From assembly GCA_963693365.1 (NCBI GenBank), contig CAVNZM010000009.1, positions 8,351,408 to 8,415,407 on the forward strand: DNA of 64,000 nucleotides. Direction: 5' to 3'. Of the stretch, positions 57,552-64,000 are shown piece after piece. Numbering within the stretch: the stretch's first letter is position 1; every line of letters begins with the position of its first letter. Source of the stretch: Amoebidium appalachense (lineage: Eukaryota > Protista > Ichthyosporea). Made by a program: the position numbers and the translations under genes. Below the pieces are notes generated by a model that was not told the DNA's origin, made no database searches, and saw nothing but the letters and a program-made list of their open reading frames with translations.

Positions 57552-57785
57552 TTATAGATTCGGGGCATCTAGGCAGGGAGCTCCGAGGACCGGCAAATTT
57601 CCGCCGTTGCCGGCCCTCCCGCGATGAAATGCATTCGCAAGGTCTCGTATCGTCACGGTCAGGCAATAATAATAGAAGCCCAGCACGTGCGAGCATACAC
57701 CACGGATAACCGCAACATCTTTGCAATTGCAATGGCCACCGACGTTCATGGACGGTGTGCGTGCGAAAGACTGCAGTGCGTGCAC
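57552..57785 (-). pseudogene. SWIM zinc-finger fragment, possible Mutator-like transposase remnant
   Basis: GHCNCKDVAVIRGVCSHVLG fits CxC-xn-CxH, followed by an RGR motif; stop codons on both sides. Confidence 0.35.
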
Positions 57786-58085
57786 CTATTTGTCCGCAGG
57801 CGGGTGATATAATATATTCTGATGATACTATATATATTCATCTCACGAGTCCCAGGCAAGCTGGATCGATGGGGAGGCTCGGATAGGCGCCCCCGCCCCG
57901 AGATAGAAAATACTGTTGTGCCAAAACTATTACTGATTATATATCTACAGCTGACATATTGTTGTTCTAGAGGAAGGCGTTGCGGTTAGGTGGTGTCTGG
58001 GAGGGGTGGCGCACCTGCACATGCAGCTGGCGTGCTGGTGCTGGTTAACGTTCAATCGGGGGTTTGGGCCACTGATCATTTGGTC

Positions 58086-58165
<80 letters not shown>

Positions 58166-58269
58166 AAAAAAAAGAAAAACGTGAGGGAGAGAGGAAAATT
58201 TAGAATTGCGTATCTGAGGATGTGCCACAGACAGGGGCCAATAAAAAAGAAATAATGAAGAAAAAAAAT

Positions 58270-58341
58270 CTCCCAATCGGGGAATCGAACCCCGGCCGCC
58301 GCGGTGAAAGCGCGGAATCCTAACCACTAGACCAATTGGGA
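58270..58341 (-). tRNA. tRNA-Glu(TTC)
   Basis: TCCCAAT/ATTGGGA acceptor stem; CCGCG-CTTTCAC-CGCGG anticodon arm; GGTTCGATTCC T arm; T8 Pol III terminator. Confidence 0.96.
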
Positions 58342-58423
58342 AGAGATGTATTGTGAGAGCGCAAAATCGCATTGGAAAAATGTTCACAATGCCTGACAAC
58401 AAAAGAAGTGAAGAAAAGAGATC

Positions 58424-58494
58424 CTTCGAGTCGGGGAATCGAACCCCAACCGCCAGGGTGAGAGCGTGGAATCCTCACAACTACATCATACGGA
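58424..58494 (-). pseudogene. tRNA-Glu(CTC) pseudogene
   Basis: T arm intact and CTCTCAC loop present, but acceptor stem broken, C-C mismatch in the anticodon stem and degenerate D arm. Confidence 0.75.
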
Positions 58495-58605
58495 TGTGTT
58501 CACCACCCTGAGGAGAAACTAGTAGGATCGTAAACACAGCGTGTTTCTTCTCTCTCCTCCCCTCCCCCCCCCCCCCCCCCCCCTCTTTTCCCCCTCCCCC
58601 TCCTC

Positions 58606-58647
<42 letters not shown>

Positions 58648-58872
58648 ACACACACACACCCATACACCCACCACCGCCACCACCACAACCACCACCACTC
58701 GAGCCACCCATGGCCACACACTTCATGCACTATCGGCTTGCTCCTCATCCCTGTGCCAGGTGAGTAGATTTGATTTTTGTTCCTGCGCATGCTCGCACGT
58801 GTACAGTCACACCTGGGAAGGAACAACCCTATGGACGAACTACCCTTAGAAAGAACAACCCCCAGCCCCCCC

Positions 58873-58906
<34 letters not shown>

Positions 58907-60119
58907 CCCTAGTTCGAGCCTGGCTTCTCCCCCCCCCCCCCCTTTTTTTTCATGCCAATGGGTGCGCTATTAGACACTTAACTTATTGCACCAATGCCAT
59001 CAATTTGACTGGGCACACACGTGTCGGCCAACAGATAACAGAGTTTCGCTAGAAAACGTACGGTTTTGCTTTTTTTCCTTTTTTCTTTCTTCGACTCGCA
59101 CCTTTGGTGTCTCTTAGGTTGCAAAATGGCTAAGTCGAAGAAAAACAAGAGGCCTAAGGCTCTTTTCAAGGGAACTAATCCCAGTGGTTTAGGAAAGGGT
59201 TTGAAGCCGCTTGAAGTGCGAAACTCGCCACCTTATTGATTGCGCAATCACTATGTTGGCACAGTCATCTATTGTACAGACTACGGACGAACTACCCTTA
59301 GAAGGAACAACCCCCCAAAAATAGGGGTTGTTCCAAACCGGTGTGACTGTATCCCAACCCGTCCCATCTATGCGCTTTCATCATCCTGACGTGTGTGCGT
59401 GCGCGTACGTGTACGTGTTTGTGTGTACGTGTACATGTACATGTGCGTGTACGTGCGCATGTGCGTGTACTTGTGTGTCCGCGTGTGTGTGCATGTGCGT
59501 GTGTGTGTGCATGTGCGCGTCCAAATTGTTGTGCAACAATGTGTATACGTGTACGAATATCTGTAGGGTGTGTGCACATTGCAACCCCCATGCATGGATG
59601 TTAACTCTAACGCAAGCAGCCTATGTGTATACCGGCACAAGAATTATGAAGGGGAAATGTGCAGATATACCGATGACGGGGTTCATTAGGGGATTTTATA
59701 AATATTTTATCAATTAAATTTTCCACCATTCAGGCTTTACAAAAGGCCAAACATTTAAAGAGTCTACGGTACTATTGCAATGATGCTAAAGCCAAATGTA
59801 GCTATTAAGGACTATTACATATCCAAAACATGAATATCAAACATTGATATATCTATTTTCCAGCTCTCTAGAACCGAATATCTAAATCACTTAAAATTCA
59901 AAATACCAACAAAATGCTGCCCGTGATAGGGGTTTATAATAAAAATAGCAAAAAAACAAGCACATAATTCAGATAAACATTAAAGTATATCTATGCCGTG
60001 TAATATAAAAGAATATCTATAAAAGGAACCTAGTAGCTAGAATTTCACGACACTGCAAACCATAGCAAAAGCAAATGGGGTGCTCGACTCTTTGTATCCA
60101 GGAAAGACATACCTATTGC

Positions 60120-60166
<47 letters not shown>

Positions 60167-60203
60167 ACACACAGAGAGAACAAAACAAAACAAAACAAAA
60201 AAA

Positions 60204-60235
<32 letters not shown>

Positions 60236-60278
60236 CATGCCCCGCCACGCATAAATTCACCTCACCACCCCCACCGCC

Positions 60279-62114
60279 TCACTCATGGTGTTTGGCCTCA
60301 TCCATTTCTTGCTGACGTGCAAAGAGAATGAAAATCTGCAGTGCGAGAAAACATGTCTCAATATATGTAACCAGGTCAGGGGCGATGCACCAGTGTTCTC
60401 ATATGTGAATATTTGTGCGTTTCCAAATATCCTTCATCCTCAGGGGGATAGAGTTGTGTGTTTACACTTGCTCATGTGTTGTGTGTGATCATATTCATGA
60501 TGATCATCATGCTGTGAACGATTCTTTACGAAAAATACACTCTGCTTTCAAGCAAGTAGGAAATACTGTTTCCAGATAGGGCTTCACTTATTCCCCAAAG
60601 ATCACTAATGTGATCTCTTAGTAGAAATGACCACCGAAGCCACCGCTCCCACATGAGGGTGCGTGGGTGCGTGGGTAGGGGTTGGGGGAGATGGGGGGCG
60701 GACGGGGGCGGGGGGGGGGGGGGGGGGGGGGGGGGATGCGGGTGCATGTCGACGTTCGAAGGGCGAATCAGTCGTCTAAATGTGTTTATGCCAGAAGCTT
60801 GTATGTGTATGGGTGTGGGTGAACGATGCCATTGGGTGCTGCTAATTTGTGGGTCATATGTGTGTGTGTGTATTCCGTTTAGGGAGGGAGGGATGGAAGA
60901 GCAGGGCAGGGCGGGGGGTGGGGGTTTGGGGGGGGGGGAGGGGGGGGGGAGAGGGTTAGCATGTGTTATAGGAGTGTAAATAACAAATTCTCGTCAGAAA
61001 ACAATGCAGATTGTACCAAAAAAAAGCACACGCAATAAACAGGCACTGCAAGTATGGCGATAGTGGTGGTTGTGTGTTTACGCGCGCACGTGTGTGTGCC
61101 TGTGTATGTGTGTGTGTGTGTGTCTGTGTGTTGGGGGTGGCTATGTACCTGCTCCAGGGTGGTCTGGCTGAGGCTGTAGTCATCCAGGCCCAGACGGCCC
61201 CGTGCCCTCTCCAAGGCCCCAAACACCTGGCCAAGCGTCACACCCTCCTGAAAAGAAACAGTCAGAAACTGGAAAATGTGCGTGTGTGCGTGGGGTGTTA
61301 TAAACTGCGGTGTGCATGGGCACTCAAATCTTTGCGGGTGTGAGAGGTGGTAGGGTCTAGACAGATTAGACCCTCAGTTTGATAAATTGAGAAGATCTCT
61401 AGAGAAAGGTTCGTGTTGAAGCGAAACCGTGGTGGGAGGAAAAGTTCAAGAGACAGAGCTAAACGGGCGGGGTTTTGAAAGGAGAATAAGGTTTTGAAAG
61501 GAAAATGATCGGAAATCGGATTATATGCGGAAGGTTGGTAAATGCATCCGAATAGAACAGATTTTAACTTGGTTATTTCGGTTGAACCTCCGACAGAAGA
61601 AACTTTGGGTACTTTGTGATTACCAGAGAGGGGCAATCCAGTCTTATTGTTCAGCGTGGGACCTGAAGTAGCCAAGAAGAACACAAGACATGACACTTTG
61701 CAATATAAAAAAAATCCCATAGCATGTCACTTATATATTATAACACTTAACCTGAGGGGTATGCAGTATGCATATACTGACCTTAGGCAGTGCATAAGTC
61801 AGCAATCCCTGGTGCTCCTCTTTCAACACAGCCCCGCTGAATGTCTCCTGCACATATTCCTTAACCGGTGCCGTGTCCTGGTGTGGGGCAACCTTAACAG
61901 ACACGGTATAGCCCTGACCATAGCGGGCCTTAAGGTGTTGGATGGATCCTAGGCAGCGCAGGCGGCCGCTAACCATAATGGTGAGTCGGGTGCAGAGGGC
62001 CTCACACTCCTCCATACTGTGCGAGGTAAGAACTACACATCGCCCCTGTGTGGGTGGTGGGTGTATGGGTTGGGTTAGTGAAAGTGTGTGTGTGTGTGTG
62101 TGGCGGGGCGGGGG

Positions 62115-62148
<34 letters not shown>

Positions 62149-63711
62149 GGGAGTGAACGTGTGTATGTAGTAAATGTTACATGCTGTGAGATGTACTACT
62201 TCTGAGACCTACACACCGGCCCGGTATGTGTGCATGTGCGTTGCTGCGAGAACGCTTACAGAACAGGCGTGTGGCAGCTAAAAAGGGTGTGTGTGTGCAA
62301 CGTGTGCCTGGTGAACTCATGTATAGTGGTATCGATATTCACTCGTAGCGTCAGTGCAACTCCTTCAGGTCTGTCCTTTATCCAACAGTGGATGCTATGC
62401 TAAACACCTTGCCCCCCCCCCCCTCCTCCCCAGCCCCCCTCATTTCTCTCTCTAAATTGGTGTCCCGTTCACTTCCTCTCTTCTGCCCATCCCTGCCCAC
62501 ACCCCTTTTTTTTCACTCCCTGATCCAAACATTCCGCTTCTTAAAACACACCAAATCGAGCTCTCTTCATTGTACGCCCTTCTTAGCTCCCCTCCCGCCC
62601 CCCGCCCCCTCCCCCCACCCATCCCCCCTCCCTCCCCCCTCCAACCCCCGACATCTCTCCCCCCCCCCCCCCCCCCCCCCCCCCCCGCGCGGCCAAAAAT
62701 ATATATCATTGAATATACCAAAACACTGGAAGCCCAAAAAAGCACACACCTGCTTTGTGATAGTGGCGAGGATGTCCCAGAGGAACCTGCGTGTTGCCGG
62801 GTCCACCCCTGTTGTTGGCTCGTCTAGAAATACGACGGGGGGGTCACCAATCAGGGCCATTGCCGTGCTCAGTTTGCGCTTGTTACCCCCCGAATAAGTG
62901 CCACACAGCCGGTCTGCATGCGCTGTGAGGTCCATGCGCACTACCATGTTGTCTACCACCTGCATATGGTAATAATGTGTGAGATGTGATTGGTTGGTGT
63001 ACCGTAAGGGTATAATGCGATTGGTTGGTGAGCATAGCAACAGACAAAGTCGGGCAAATGCTACGACATTTAGGGGCATGATGATTGGCCACACATCGCA
63101 TACTACACACAAAGAAGAGATGTGATTAACCACACACCGCATACCAGCCCACACAGGACAAATGCCATTGGCCACGCGCTGCATACCAACCCACAAGGGA
63201 GGAATGTGATTGGCAAAACCGCATACCACACACAAAGGAAGAATGTGATTGGCAACACACCGCAACCAACCCAAGAAGGAGCAAAATGATTGGCTACACA
63301 CACAGTGTACCAACAAAGGAGCAATATCATTGGCCAAACATGGAGCAATATGATTGGTCACACACGGAGCAAGATGATTGGCCACACACGGAGCAATATG
63401 ATTGGCCAACTCACCTCGCGTAGCCTATCCGGTCTCACACCCCTCAGGCGTGCATACATCTCCAGGGTCTCCCTGCCGGTCAGGGTATCAACCAGGGCGT
63501 CAAATTGCGGACAGTATCCGATCTGCTGGCGCACGTCCCCGATGTCAGTCAGGATGCTGTGGCCGGCCACCCAGACGTTTCCAGAAGACGGCGGATGGTC
63601 CCCCGTCATCATGTTGAAGGTCGTGGTCTTGCCCGCACCGTTGACTCCCAGCAGCCCAAAGCACTCGTTGGTTTGGATCCCGAACGTCAGCCCGTCTACC
63701 GCTACCTTGGA
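60279..63711 (-). CDS. ABCA: ABCA-subfamily transporter, last five exons (NBD2 and regulatory domain); gene continues beyond the window
   Basis: Exons 63711-63415, 62959-62750, 62045-61782, 61247-61149, 60335-60279, all phase 0. Motifs [73 protein letters not shown]. Confidence 0.95.
63078..63410. repeat. Intronic minisatellite: 24-bp units (GGAGCAATATGATTGGCCACACAC) grading into ~42-bp units
   Basis: Seen directly in the ABCA intron. Confidence 0.85.
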
Positions 63712-63961
63712 CTGTGAAAGAGGGGATTGGGAGAAGGGGTGGGGTGGGGGGGATGGAGGGGGAAGAGAGGGTGGTGGTGGTGGTGGGGGGGGGGGGGGGT
63801 GGGAAGGGGGGGAGGGGGGCGGGAAAGGGTGGAAAGGGGAGAGAGGGACGGGAAGGGGTGGGAGGATGGTGGGGACAAGGGAAGGATGGAAGGGGAGGAG
63901 AGGGAGGAAGGGGGAAGAGAGCTTGAGGGGAAAAGAGAGGTCGAGAGGGGGTTGTCTGTGC

Positions 63962-64000
<39 letters not shown>

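Overview
Eukaryotic genomic DNA with spliceosomal GT-AG introns. The organism cannot be fixed from the sequence; a unicellular opisthokont, possibly an ichthyosporean such as Amoebidium, is an inference only. The window has two halves. (1) Positions 1-32.1 kb are a nested transposon cluster whose junctions I could mostly resolve by target-site duplication (TSD). A DIRS-type RT/RNaseH relic is split by a 3.5-kb non-autonomous LTR element (TSD GTTGG). An ~0.8-kb element with 45-bp inverted repeats is split by a young Ty3/Gypsy element (7315-30115, identical 213-bp LTRs, TSD CCTA). The Gypsy carries a 5'-truncated LINE, which is split by an internally deleted Copia (TSD ATTAT), and also a full-length Copia (20004-26746, TSD GTCCA). 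A truncated Copia of a second family follows on the minus strand. (2) Positions 32.6-64 kb hold host genes whose introns are full of poly-C/poly-G and dinucleotide tracts: a BTB-BACK gene, a KCTD-type BTB plus NHL-repeat gene, an intronless helical-repeat (OPR/FASTK-like) gene, a 12-exon class C GPCR whose ectodomain is a bacterial family-1 sugar solute-binding protein, tRNA-Glu plus a pseudo-tRNA, and the 3' end of an ABCA transporter. The two most striking observations are that the full-length Copia is CpG-rich yet almost free of CGC/GCG trinucleotides (possible evasion of context-specific DNA methylation), and the fusion of a solute-binding protein to a class C GPCR. All counts and alignments were done by eye.
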